DNA from: Candidatus Parachristensenella avicola
Lineage (GTDB): Bacteria; Bacillota; Clostridia; Christensenellales; UMGS416
DNA length: 64,000 nt
Direction of reading: 5' to 3'
NCBI GenBank assembly: GCA_904420205.1
Contig: CAJFUN010000016.1
Coordinates: 12,395 to 76,394, forward strand
This document shows, one piece after another, positions 1-9,000 of the stretch (the stretch's first letter is position 1; the number at the start of each line of letters is the position of its first letter). Below the pieces are notes generated by a model, which searched no databases, was not told where the DNA came from, and saw only the letters and a program-made list of their open reading frames with translations. The position numbers and the translations under genes are program-made.

Positions 1-60
1 GGCGACCCGATCCGCCTGAAAGTCAGCACTGTATTTGGCCAGATAAAGCTGTTGCGTTAA
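1..60 (+). CDS. 3' end of an unidentified gene entering from upstream of the window
   Basis: Frame 1 reads GDPIRLKVSTVFGQIKLLR* (stop 58-60) and is followed by a hairpin and T-run. Too short to assign. Confidence 0.3.
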   Translation, partial: GDPIRLKVSTVFGQIKLLR

Positions 61-76
61 CCGCTTTCACCCAAAC

Positions 77-107
77 AAAAATCCGTCCCGAAAGAACGGA
101 TTTTTTT
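77..107. terminator. Bidirectional intrinsic terminator
   Basis: aaaaATCCGT-9 nt-ACGGATttttttt. The A-run and T-run flank the stem, so it can serve the + gene ending at 60 and the - gene ending at 122. Confidence 0.55.
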
Positions 108-121
108 CTTTTTCTATCGCC

Positions 122-1084
122 CTAGCGCGCCTCGGCAAACCGGTCATAGATAAGCTTAGCCTGGCGGGCCAGCAGCGCCTTAAGCTCCGGAGGCTCTACA
201 ACTGTCACCTCCGCGGCAAAACGCATCGCCCAGAGCGCCATGGTTTCCAGGGGCGCATCTACGGAGAACTCAAAGCTGCGGCTGTCGATGGCGCGCATAG
301 GCGTATCCGCGCCAAACACGTCCACCACCTCGTCGATATGCGAGCGGTCCATTCGCAGCACCGCCCGCTTAACCTGATGCGTCTGCCGGCCGCCGTCAGG
401 CAGGGTCTTTCTATCCCGTGCTTTGTCCTCCATTAGCTCAATCTGCGTCATTTTATCCACCCGGTAGCGGTCCACGCAATCCGCGCCGTCCTCGGCAGCC
501 AGAAGATAGTAGAATTCGCCGTCACAGACGAGCTCATAAGGACTTACACGGTGCTTGCTTCCTGCCCAAGGGTATAGCCGGCCATCCAAGCCGTACGACT
601 GGCGGCAAAAGCACAGCTTGCGCTGCCGCTCAATGGCTTCCCCAAGGCGTTCCAAGTTCTCAAAGAGCGCGTCCGCTCCAGCGCGGCATCGATGATTCAG
701 GCGTTTCACCTGCCGCAGGCAGTTGGAAAAATGCACGGTGGATAGGCCGGATAGCCGGTTGGCAAGCTCCTGCGCCTGCTGCTTTTGAATATATCGGGAT
801 GAAAAAACGCCCTCCATCACAAGCCGCAGCTGCTCGTCGCTAAAGGGACGGCTTTGCAGGTAATATCCCTCCTGCCCCGCTTCCCCGTGCAGATGCAGGT
901 CATAACCCATCTCTTTCAGCAGGCGGATATTCCGGGATATGGCCTTTCGCTCGGCGCAGATACCATAGACGCCCGACAGCATATCGCCCACTTGGCCAAT
1001 GGACAGCGGATGCCCCGCATCGCTATATTGACGCAGGATTTCATAGACCGCTATCAAAATCTGCTTCTTCCCCGTAGCCATCAT
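122..1084 (-). CDS. WYL-domain transcriptional regulator (N-terminal HTH plus WYL/WCX-type C-terminus)
   Basis: 320 aa. N-terminal wHTH-like segment (ILIAVYEILRQYSD..PLSIGQVGDML). Central YELVCDGEFYYLLA..RYRVDKM is typical of WYL domains. Sits 21 nt downstream of the HAD gene, so probably the same operon. Confidence 0.7.
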   Translation of the reverse strand: MMATGKKQILIAVYEILRQYSDAGHPLSIGQVGDMLSGVYGICAERKAISRNIRLLKEMGYDLHLHGEAGQEGYYLQSRPFSDEQLRLVMEGVFSSRYIQKQQAQELANRLSGLSTVHFSNCLRQVKRLNHRCRAGADALFENLERLGEAIERQRKLCFCRQSYGLDGRLYPWAGSKHRVSPYELVCDGEFYYLLAAEDGADCVDRYRVDKMTQIELMEDKARDRKTLPDGGRQTHQVKRAVLRMDRSHIDEVVDVFGADTPMRAIDSRSFEFSVDAPLETMALWAMRFAAEVTVVEPPELKALLARQAKLIYDRFAEAR

Positions 1085-1105
1085 GATGTCCCTTCCAAGC
1101 CGTCC

Positions 1106-1909
1106 TCAGGCCAACCCCAGCGCTTGCAGGGCGTAATATACGCCGTCATGGTCATGATCCGCCGTTACGCGGCCTGCCGCCCGGCGGATAGGTTCCGGAG
1201 CGTTGCCCATCGCAATGCCATAGCCTGCCCGCTGGAGCATTTCCAGGTCATTGTATTGGTCGCCGAAGGCCGCCACGCAGCGGAGATCCAGCTGCCGCAG
1301 CTGGCAGAACTGCGCCATGGCCTGCGCCTTGTTGACGCCGCCAGTCATAATTTCCAGCAAATGCCGGTCAGAGGGCACAACGGTATACATCGGAAAGGCC
1401 GCCTTAACATCCGCCTCCACGGCGGGCAGCTGTTCAGGGTCGCAGATGCACATAAGCTTATCCACAACTTCACCGGCCTGGAGCCTGTCCAGCCCCCCTG
1501 GCGTTGCCTGCGTCTGCAGGATGGCCTCCTCTACCAGGATACGGGGATCCTCCCTTGTCGGGACCAGCCACTGCTTCGCACTGAAGGCGCACCATGTCAG
1601 GTCAAATCTGCGCGCTTTCAGATGATCCACCACCGCGCGTGCTTCCCCCAGGCTCATGCCCCGTTCAAAAATCACACGCCGCTGCTCATCCAGCATCAGG
1701 GCGCCGCTATAGGCGATGATGGGGCATCGCAGCCCCTGCCCCTCCAGAATCAGATCGATTCCCTGCGGGCCCCGGCCCGAAACCGGTACAAAAGGGATGC
1801 CGATCTCCCCCAGGCGCCGGATGGCCGCCGCCGTAAGCGGCGTAATCTTGTGCGACGAATTGAGCAGCGTGCCGTCAAGGTCACTAAAAACCGCCTGAAT
1901 ATTCGCCAT
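1106..1909 (-). CDS. Cof-type HAD-IIB family hydrolase (sugar-phosphate phosphatase-like)
   Basis: The DLDGTLL motif I lies at the N-terminus and GDQYND motif IV near the C-terminus. The ORF-track start at 1915 is a GTG fused to the SD; the ATG at 1909 sits 5 nt after GGGAGG. Confidence 0.85.
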   Translation of the reverse strand: MANIQAVFSDLDGTLLNSSHKITPLTAAAIRRLGEIGIPFVPVSGRGPQGIDLILEGQGLRCPIIAYSGALMLDEQRRVIFERGMSLGEARAVVDHLKARRFDLTWCAFSAKQWLVPTREDPRILVEEAILQTQATPGGLDRLQAGEVVDKLMCICDPEQLPAVEADVKAAFPMYTVVPSDRHLLEIMTGGVNKAQAMAQFCQLRQLDLRCVAAFGDQYNDLEMLQRAGYGIAMGNAPEPIRRAAGRVTADHDHDGVYYALQALGLA

Positions 1910-2026
1910 GGACACCTCCCGATCGAAAAACTATTTTCTTTATTGTACCATATCTTTCCACTCGCCGCATCCTGCGGCATAGGCGCAAAAAAGGGCCTGC
2001 TTCAAGCCGCAGGCCCCATCATAACG

Positions 2027-2599
2027 TTATCGGATTTTTCCGGGGAGCGGGATATGATCCAGATAGACCAATGGAATCCCTTTATATGCCGTCCGCTCCT
2101 CTCCCTCGGTCAGCGCGCATGCGATGACGGAGATCTCAATTCCGATCTCCTTTGCCAGCGCCAGCACTGCCTCGATGGTGCCGCCGGTGGAGACCACGTC
2201 ATCGAGGAAGCAGAGTCTTTTGCCCTGAAAGGCAGCATATTTTTCTTTGCCGATCCAAAGCTCCTGTTCGCCATGGGTGGTAATGGATTTGACTTTGATC
2301 CCTTTGGGCTCAATCATAAAGCTCTTACGGCTTTTGCGCAGCTCCAGATATCGGGGAAAATCAGAGCTGATCGCCTGTGCCAGGCCGCAGGACTTGGTCT
2401 GTACGGTCACAAAGCCATCATAGTCGTAGCCCGCTAGCTTCTTCTTTAGCTGGGCCGCCGCCACCCGGTTCCATTGGGATTCACCGGTCATGTCAAAGGA
2501 ATAGATACAAAACCCATCGCCAATATCCAAAAGAGGCAAATCAACACTAAAATCGGGAGCAAGAAAAATCCGATGGGTTTCAGGCCACTGTTGTTGCAT
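2027..2599 (-). CDS. Phosphoribosyltransferase, Apt-like type I PRTase (base specificity unresolved)
   Basis: PRPP-binding motif FLDDVVSTGGT. Start trimmed to MQQQW (ATG 2599), preceded by AAGGAG plus 6 nt. Confidence 0.75.
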   Translation of the reverse strand: MQQQWPETHRIFLAPDFSVDLPLLDIGDGFCIYSFDMTGESQWNRVAAAQLKKKLAGYDYDGFVTVQTKSCGLAQAISSDFPRYLELRKSRKSFMIEPKGIKVKSITTHGEQELWIGKEKYAAFQGKRLCFLDDVVSTGGTIEAVLALAKEIGIEISVIACALTEGEERTAYKGIPLVYLDHIPLPGKIR

Positions 2600-2612
2600 A
2601 CTGTTCTCCTTA

Positions 2613-3758
2613 TTATACCAAACCAATATACATACCGAAATAGCGCACCAGAACGCCGGCTACCATGCCCAGGAAGGGATTCTTAGACCACGCGGTAACG
2701 CCCAAGGCCACAAAGCCGCTGACTGAGCCATCAGAGGCGGCCACCGTGGAAAGGTTGGGCACGAAGGTGATCACAAGGCCGATGATGAGCAAAAACCCGG
2801 AGATGCTCTGAGCGGGCAGGTACTTACCCAAGCGGCCGACCAGCCCCAGCAGCACCAGGATGCCGGTAGCCAGCATAAACACCACGCCGCACGCTACAGG
2901 CCAGGGCGCGCCCGCCGTGCCGGAAATAATCGCCTCAATGGGCGGGCCGCCGAAAAGGGCGCTGGGAATATCGGCCAGGGAGTTGATAATGGAAAGATGG
3001 TCAAAGTTCTGCGTGGTATTGGCAATGCCGGCGGTAATCCCACCAAAGGAAATATTGGCGCCGATATTGAGCATCATCAGGCTCAGTGCGCCGAGGATCA
3101 CGCTGAAATTCATCGTCGGCTTGATGAGCTTAAAGTCGGACCAATAGCCTTTCTTCCAGAAACGCCATTCGGAACTCATCTCCATCGCGTCGCGGCCCTC
3201 TTCCACCAGGGTGGACAGATCCACACGGCGCTTTTGCAGGAATAGGAAATCCGCCGTGGAGACGACCACCGAAATAAAGATGGTCCACACCAGCTTATTG
3301 GGGCTATTCAAGAAGACTGCATAGGCAATGATAGCCGAGATCATCGAGACAAGCGCCACGCGCTTCTCCTGGCCGAACATATCCCATGCCACGCTCGCCA
3401 GGATCAGGCCAACGCCGCTCATCATGCCGCTGACCACCGCTGTACCGGCAAAATCGGCAATTTTGGTAATGCCGCCGAAAAGGCCCAGCACGATCATCAG
3501 CACAGCCGCCAGCAAAATAGAGCTGACGTTGTTGCGTAGGTTTTTCTTGACGCTGGCCACCGTAATGGTCTCTGCTTGCCCGGAGATGGGCGTGACCGAA
3601 CCGGTCAGCATGTTCCCAAAAGCGCCGACTAGATAAGCAAAGCCGGCGGGCTTGAGCGCAAAGCCTCGAGCCTGTGCGTAGAGCAGCTGCGGCACGCCGT
3701 TAATGATGACGGCGACCACAGCCAGGACAAAGGGTCCTAGGTTTCCCAAAAATTCCAA
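2613..3758 (-). CDS. Polytopic membrane permease, putative nucleobase transporter (family not resolved)
   Basis: About 382 aa, hydrophobic throughout with about 10-12 predicted TM segments. Paired with a PRTase 14 nt downstream. Start taken as TTG 3758, 8 nt after AAGGAGG; the annotated upstream 42 codons lack an SD. Confidence 0.6.
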   Translation of the reverse strand: MEFLGNLGPFVLAVVAVIINGVPQLLYAQARGFALKPAGFAYLVGAFGNMLTGSVTPISGQAETITVASVKKNLRNNVSSILLAAVLMIVLGLFGGITKIADFAGTAVVSGMMSGVGLILASVAWDMFGQEKRVALVSMISAIIAYAVFLNSPNKLVWTIFISVVVSTADFLFLQKRRVDLSTLVEEGRDAMEMSSEWRFWKKGYWSDFKLIKPTMNFSVILGALSLMMLNIGANISFGGITAGIANTTQNFDHLSIINSLADIPSALFGGPPIEAIISGTAGAPWPVACGVVFMLATGILVLLGLVGRLGKYLPAQSISGFLLIIGLVITFVPNLSTVAASDGSVSGFVALGVTAWSKNPFLGMVAGVLVRYFGMYIGLV

Positions 3759-3788
3759 TCCTTCTTCCTCCTTTTCCTTGCTACCGGC

Positions 3789-3818
3789 ATTATACCAAGG
3801 CACATGGGGCCTAAGCAA
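3789..3818 (-). promoter_or_regulatory. Sigma-A-type promoter for the permease-PRTase pair
   Basis: The minus strand reads TTGCTT-18 nt-TGgTATAAT (extended -10), about 30 nt upstream of the TTG start. Confidence 0.5.
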
Positions 3819-3886
3819 GGCATAATCCTCATGAATTTGGAAAAAGAGGAAAATGATTCGGGTTTTGTCGTCGTGTTGCGCAATCA

Positions 3887-3917
3887 AAAGGACGCCGGGC
3901 TAAACCCGACGTCCTTT
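3887..3917 (-). terminator. Intrinsic terminator of pckA
   Basis: The minus strand reads AAAGGACGTCGGG-tttag-CCCGGCGTCCTTTTgatt, 33 nt after the pckA stop. Confidence 0.75.
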
Positions 3918-3949
3918 ATTAATACGTTACCTTGGAACGGAAAAGCCGC

Positions 3950-5524
3950 TTAGGCCTTGGGGCCGGCGTTGACAACCTCGGCGGGCATGTCATACTTTTC
4001 AAAGTTCTTCTGGAACATGGCGGCCAGCTTCTTGGCCTGCTCGGTGTAGGCTTCCTTATCGGCCCACATCGCCTTGGGCGAGAGGATCTCGGAAGGCACG
4101 TTGGGGCAGGTGGTGGGCACCATCACGTTGAAGATAGGATCCAGCTCGAACTGAGCCTTATCCAGCTCGCCGTTGAGGATGGCCGTCACCATGGCGCGGG
4201 TATACTTGAGCTTCATGCGCTCGCCGCCCTTGCCCGCCGGGCCGCCGGCCCAACCGGTGTTGACCAGGTATACGCTGGCGCCAGTAGCCTTCACGCGATC
4301 CTCCAGCAGCTTGGCATACACCTTGGCCGGGAAGGGCAGGAAGGGCGCGCCAAAGCAGGTGGAGAAGGTGGCCTGGGGCTCGGTTACGCCGCGCTCGGTG
4401 CCCGCCAGCTTGGCGGTATAGCCGGTGACGAACATATACTGGGCCTGCTCAGGCGAAAGCTTAGCCACAGGCGGCATAACGCCGAACGCATCGGCCGTCA
4501 GGAAGATCACCGCGTTGGGGTTGGAGCCCACGCCGGGAATCTGGGCGTTGGGGATGAAGTCGATGGGATAGCCCACACGGGTGTTTTCCGTCAACGAGCC
4601 ATCGTTAAAGTCGAACTGACGGGTCTCGGGATCCATCACCACGTTCTCGACCAGAGCGCCGAAGCGGATAGCGCCGTAGATTTCAGGCTCATGCTCCTGG
4701 GAAAGGTTGATGCACTTGGCATAGCAGCCACCCTCGAAGTTGAAGATACCCTTGTCGCTCCAGCCGTGCTCGTCGTCGCCGATAAGCTTGCGGTTGGGAT
4801 CGGCCGAAAGGGTGGTCTTACCGGTGCCCGACAGGCCGAAGAACAGAGCCGTCTCGCCGTTGTCGCCCATGTTGGCGGAGCAGTGCATGGGGAATACGCC
4901 TTCCTTGGGCAGCACGTAGTTCATCACGGAGAATACGCTCTTCTTGATCTCGCCAGCATACTGGCTGCCCACGATCAGCACGAGCTTCTCGGTGTAGTTC
5001 ACCAGAATGGCCGCTTCAGAGTTGGTGCCGTCGCGCTCGGGGATGCACTTGAAGCCGGGGGCGGCAATAATGGTGAAATCCTCGGCAAAGCTATCCAGCT
5101 CCTCCGCAGTGGGGCGAATGAGCAGCTGATGGATGAACAGATTCTCGCTGGCGAACTCGTTCACAATGCGGAAGCTCTTGCGGTAAGTGGGATCGGCGCC
5201 GGCAAATCCGTCGAAGATGAAGATTTCGCGGCCCTGGAGATAGGCAACCGCGCGGTCATAAATCTTCCAGAAGTGCTCACGGGTGATGGGCATGTTGACC
5301 TTGCCCCAGTCGATCTCGTCAGCGGTTACCTCATCCTTGACGATGAACTTGTCGTTCGGGGAACGGCCGGTGTACTTACCGGTCTCGACGCACAGGGCGC
5401 CGGTCTCGGAGATCTTGCCTTCGCCGCGGGCGACGGCGCGCTCCACCAGCGTCGCCACCGGCAGGTTGCGGTACACGGCCGAAGGATTGATGATACCCAG
5501 CTTTTCCAGACCATAGGTGTTCAT
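3950..5524 (-). CDS. pckA: Phosphoenolpyruvate carboxykinase (ATP)
   Basis: 524 aa. Carries GKYTGRSPNDKF and the kinase-1a motif GLSGTGKTTLS. Start trimmed from 5656 to MNTYGLEK (ATG 5524) behind GGAGGT. Confidence 0.95.
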   Translation of the reverse strand: MNTYGLEKLGIINPSAVYRNLPVATLVERAVARGEGKISETGALCVETGKYTGRSPNDKFIVKDEVTADEIDWGKVNMPITREHFWKIYDRAVAYLQGREIFIFDGFAGADPTYRKSFRIVNEFASENLFIHQLLIRPTAEELDSFAEDFTIIAAPGFKCIPERDGTNSEAAILVNYTEKLVLIVGSQYAGEIKKSVFSVMNYVLPKEGVFPMHCSANMGDNGETALFFGLSGTGKTTLSADPNRKLIGDDEHGWSDKGIFNFEGGCYAKCINLSQEHEPEIYGAIRFGALVENVVMDPETRQFDFNDGSLTENTRVGYPIDFIPNAQIPGVGSNPNAVIFLTADAFGVMPPVAKLSPEQAQYMFVTGYTAKLAGTERGVTEPQATFSTCFGAPFLPFPAKVYAKLLEDRVKATGASVYLVNTGWAGGPAGKGGERMKLKYTRAMVTAILNGELDKAQFELDPIFNVMVPTTCPNVPSEILSPKAMWADKEAYTEQAKKLAAMFQKNFEKYDMPAEVVNAGPKA

Positions 5525-5747
5525 GTTTGGATACCTCCATAAATGTAATGGTATTATAAACAACCGGTAGGGCCATCCCGCTTTGCAGAACGTGCCCCGG
5601 GGCACTTGCAAAACCCATATGCGTTGATAAAAGTTTCGCAATCTTCCCCGATACACAACGTATCACACTTTCTGAAACAAATCAAGGGGCATTTCCGGAA
5701 AATACAAAATATTTTCCCAGCTGTCATCCTTTGCGTTGGAAAACTGC

Positions 5748-5776
5748 TTGACATTTTCCCGGTCTTGTTCTATAGT
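5748..5776 (+). promoter_or_regulatory. Promoter of the T-box leader
   Basis: TTGACA-17 nt-TATAGT. Confidence 0.6.
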
Positions 5777-5798
5777 TTTATTATCTATAATTGTGTGA

Positions 5799-6011
5799 GC
5801 TATGACTGGGGTTATTGAAACTGTCCCTTCCTCAGAGAGCCGGCGCTAGGTGCAAGTCGGCGAAGGCGAGGTTGCAAAGCCGCCCCATGAGCTCCCGGCG
5901 AAAGCCGGCGGTCTCCCCGATACGGAGGCGAGAGCGGCCGCGCTTGGCGCGCGGCAATTTGGGTGGTACCACGAGCCTTCGTCCCAATGGACGGAGGTTT
6001 TTTATTTTACC
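5799..6011 (+). promoter_or_regulatory. T-box riboswitch leader (tRNA-sensing transcription attenuator), probably Ala-specific
   Basis: Stem I elements AGAGAG and GGTGCAAG are present. The T-box sequence is AATTTGGGTGGTACCACGAG at 5957-5976 (UGGU fits an A73 discriminator). Terminator CCTTCGTCC-caat-GGACGGAGG plus T-run lies at 5976-6011. A candidate specifier GCC at 5879-5881 comes from folding by eye. Confidence 0.85.
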
Positions 6012-6035
6012 GGCATCATATGAGGAGGAATTGCA

Positions 6036-7847
6036 ATGGCAAACTGGACAAGCAAGGAGCTTCGGGCCATGTATCTGAAGTTCTTCGAAAGCAAGGGACA
6101 CGCGGTAATCCCCTCGGCTTCGCTGATCCCTGAAAACGACCCCACAGTACTATTTACCACCGCGGGTATGCATCCGCTGGTGCCCTACCTGCTGGGCGCC
6201 CACCATCCTGCAGGGAACCGGTTGACCGACGTGCAAAAATGCATCCGTACCGGCGACATCGACGAAGTAGGCGACGCCAGCCACCTGACCTTCTTCGAGA
6301 TGCTGGGCAACTGGTCGCTGGGCGATTATTTCAAGAAGGAAGCCATCGCTTGGAGCTGGGAGTTTCTGACCTCGCCCCAGTGGCTGGGACTTGATCCGTC
6401 CCGCTTGGCAGTTTCCGTCTTCGCGGGCAATGAAGATTGCCCCCGCGATGAGGAATCCGCCGCCATCTGGGCGGAATGCGGCTTGCCCAAGGAGCGGATT
6501 TTCTTTCTGCCCAAGGAGAATAACTGGTGGGGCCTGGGTTCCGGCGTCGGCCCCTGCGGCCCCGATACGGAGATGTTCATCATCCGCGACCAGCCGCCTT
6601 GCGGCCCCGACTGCTCCCCTGCCTGCGACTGCGGCCGTTATCTTGAAATCTGGAATGACGTATTCATGCAGTTTAACCGCACCGAGGCCGGCGAGCTGGA
6701 GCCGCTGGCTAAGAAAAATGTGGACACCGGCATGGGCCTGGACCGCACCATCGCCGTGCTCCAGGGCAAGGCATCCGTATATGAAACCGATATTTTCGCC
6801 CCCATCATCGGCAAAATCGAGTCGCTCTCCGGCGCCCGGTACGGCCAGGATCCGGAAATCACCCGGGCCTTCCGTATTGTGGCCGATCACCTGCGCACCG
6901 CCACCTTTATTTTAGGCGACGAGCGGGGCGTCACCCCCTCCAACCTGGACCAGGGCTATGTGCTGCGCCGCCTGATCCGCCGCGCTGTGCGCTTTGGCCG
7001 CAAGCTTTCCCTGCCCGACGGCTTTACCGCCCAGATCGCCCAGGTGGTCATCGAGCAGTATGGCGAGGTCTATCCTGAGCTTGCCGCCAACCACGACCGC
7101 ATCCTCAGCGAGCTGCTGCAGGAGGAGAACCGTTTTGCCAAAACCATCGCCCAGGGCCTGAAGGAATTCGACAAGCTGGTCGGCTGGATGACCAAGACCG
7201 GCGCAGAGAAGGTGATTAATGGCAAGACCGCCTTCCGCCTCTACGATACCTTCGGTTACCCGCTGGAGATGACCATCGAGATGGCTAAGGAGCAGGGCTT
7301 TACCGTGGATGAGGCCGGCTATGCCGCTGCCTTTGCCGAGCATCAGAAGAAATCCCATGCCGGCTCTGAGCAGCGCTTTAAGGGCGGCTTGGCCGATACT
7401 GGTGAGGCCACCGCGCGGCTGCACACGGCCACCCACCTGCTTAACGCCGCGCTGCGCACCCTGCTGGACAGCGGGATTACCCAGCGCGGTTCCAACATCA
7501 CCGCCGAGCGCCTGCGCTTTGACTTCAACTTCCCCCGCAAGTTGGAGCCCGCCGAGCTACAGGCCGTAGAGGACTGGGTGAACCAGGCTATCGAAGCCGA
7601 CGTACCCGTTGTCTGCGAGGAAATGCCGCTGGAGGAGGCCCGCGCCCGTAACGCTATGGGCGTATTCTCCAGCAAATACGGCGACGTGGTCAAAGTCTAT
7701 ACCATGGGCGATTATTCGTGCGAGATCTGCGGCGGCCCCCATGCCGCCCGCACCGGCGAGCTGGGGCGGTTTAAGATTCAAAAGGAGCAGGCCTCCTCTG
7801 CGGGTGTGCGCCGTATCCGCGCGGTACTGGAGCCCAAGGCAGAATAG
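6036..7847 (+). CDS. alaS: Alanine--tRNA ligase, short form (catalytic, tRNA-recognition and editing domains; no C-Ala domain)
   Basis: 603 aa. N-terminal FFESKGH..SASLIP..DPTLLFTTAGM-like motif. FLEIWNDVFMQF-type class II core. Editing-domain HTATHLL (HxxxH) and CGGPH (CxxxH). Ends about 10 aa after GVRRIRAV. Confidence 0.85.
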   Translation: MANWTSKELRAMYLKFFESKGHAVIPSASLIPENDPTVLFTTAGMHPLVPYLLGAHHPAGNRLTDVQKCIRTGDIDEVGDASHLTFFEMLGNWSLGDYFKKEAIAWSWEFLTSPQWLGLDPSRLAVSVFAGNEDCPRDEESAAIWAECGLPKERIFFLPKENNWWGLGSGVGPCGPDTEMFIIRDQPPCGPDCSPACDCGRYLEIWNDVFMQFNRTEAGELEPLAKKNVDTGMGLDRTIAVLQGKASVYETDIFAPIIGKIESLSGARYGQDPEITRAFRIVADHLRTATFILGDERGVTPSNLDQGYVLRRLIRRAVRFGRKLSLPDGFTAQIAQVVIEQYGEVYPELAANHDRILSELLQEENRFAKTIAQGLKEFDKLVGWMTKTGAEKVINGKTAFRLYDTFGYPLEMTIEMAKEQGFTVDEAGYAAAFAEHQKKSHAGSEQRFKGGLADTGEATARLHTATHLLNAALRTLLDSGITQRGSNITAERLRFDFNFPRKLEPAELQAVEDWVNQAIEADVPVVCEEMPLEEARARNAMGVFSSKYGDVVKVYTMGDYSCEICGGPHAARTGELGRFKIQKEQASSAGVRRIRAVLEPKAE

Positions 7848-7944
7848 CCTGCCATCCCCTGGTATTGGGGCGATTGATGGTACGATGATACCGATTTAAT
7901 GGAATGAATTGCTCCCTGAGCAGCCCAACCTGCTTATAAAAGCT

Positions 7945-7990
7945 GATGCCTTCTGTGATGATTTGTCGCAGAAAGGCATCGGCTTTTTTG
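7945..7990 (+). terminator. Intrinsic terminator downstream of alaS
   Basis: GATGCCTTCTG...CAGAAAGGCATC hairpin (one bulge) followed by GGCTTTTTT. Confidence 0.65.
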
Positions 7991-9000
7991 CGTCAAAGGC
8001 GTTTTTCCATGCTGACTTTGCTTTCCCTGATCTTCCTGGCCGGATTGGCCGCGGCCTGATTCTGGCTTTGGAACGCTTGGCGCGCCGGGGGCAGGTCATA
8101 AGTCATAGCGTCAGGCTCTCAGCGATTCTCCTCGTATAATCGATTTACGGTGTGTGACAATCGCGCCCTATGAAAGACTCGTTATCCCGCAATGGATATG
8201 GGGAGTGGGCATAAGTAGACAGAGGGCGCAAAAGCGATGTCATCTTAACGATGCTAAGCGGAAATAGGCCATTTGCGATGCCCTCCAATCGACGCAATAA
8301 GAAAGGCAGCCACTTGATGAAAACAATTTTGGTTTTTTTGATGGTACAATTTGCGATACGCGCCACAGAAATCATCTTTTCGGAACGGATGCTTTCTATT
8401 TGAGCGGGAATGTTCTCCATGGCATTCCGACCGAGGGCAGCGTGGCGTTCCTCAACGAATTGGCTGTAGCGTATTGGCTGGCATACATAGGCGCACGGCC
8501 CAACAGGCCCATGGACTTAACTGAACCATGACTTCGTTCCACCGGGTTCCCGCAAGGCGACATCTATCTAGGAGAAACCCAAGCAAAGCGCATGCAAATC
8601 GTTTCTTCTCTCAAACCGCTCTATGACTTTGTTGCAGGAATCGGCGATAGATGGGATGACAACGAACTCCACTTAGAATTAGGGTGTCAAAGCTTTAGGC
8701 TCCAAGCATACGCGCCTAATTGGTATACCGCTAAAAGCTATTTACCCACGCCTTGATGGTCTCTCTCTCCTTTGACTTTTATCGCCGGGATTTCTGTTGG
8801 TTACGGCGGCCGAAGGAGACGGTTGCAGTCAGCAGCTTGCTGGCCGTGGTCAGCATAGCGGCAGCCATCACGCCTTTGGGATCAGGTACCTCCGGCGCGG
8901 CCATAGAAGCGGACGGAATTTCCCGCCGCGCGGCCTCAAGCGCCTGGCCATCGGGCCAAGGATATGATATACTAAACAAAAACCTAAAGGATGGATGGAC

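Noticed and set aside
854-2437. 527-aa plus-strand ORF spanning the WYL, HAD and PRTase loci
   Set aside because: It lies antisense to three well-supported minus-strand genes. It has low-complexity R/H/P/A-rich composition and no SD. This is a typical high-GC shadow ORF.
2617-2625. TGgTATAAT box just upstream of the PRTase start (minus strand)
   Set aside because: A transcription start site 7 nt downstream would fall inside the SD and leave no functional leader. It is probably a chance match inside the permease 3' end.
3759-3890. Possible purine riboswitch upstream of the permease-PRTase pair
   Set aside because: I read the minus strand for the conserved purine-aptamer core and found only a promoter-like TTGCTT/TGgTATAAT and a short leader.
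3932-5542. 536-aa plus-strand ORF opposite pckA
   Set aside because: It lies antisense to an unambiguous pckA. Its G/A/L/H-rich sequence has no recognisable domain.
5592-5605. CcpA cre site upstream of pckA
   Set aside because: The palindrome GTGCCCCGGGGCAC does not fit TGWAANCGNTNWCA in sequence or spacing.
5525-5656. N-terminal extensions of ORF-track entries (pckA to 5656, SBP to 19611, dehydratase to 17581, FAD enzyme to 41613, PadR to 62004, and others)
   Set aside because: Family-typical N-termini begin at internal ATG, GTG or TTG codons that are preceded by good SDs. The extensions lack SDs and homology.
8145-8420. 91-aa ORF as a transposase fragment
   Set aside because: I compared it mentally with IS3, IS4/IS5, ISL3, IS110 and IS66 hallmarks and found no convincing match. 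It is reported only as part of a decayed region.
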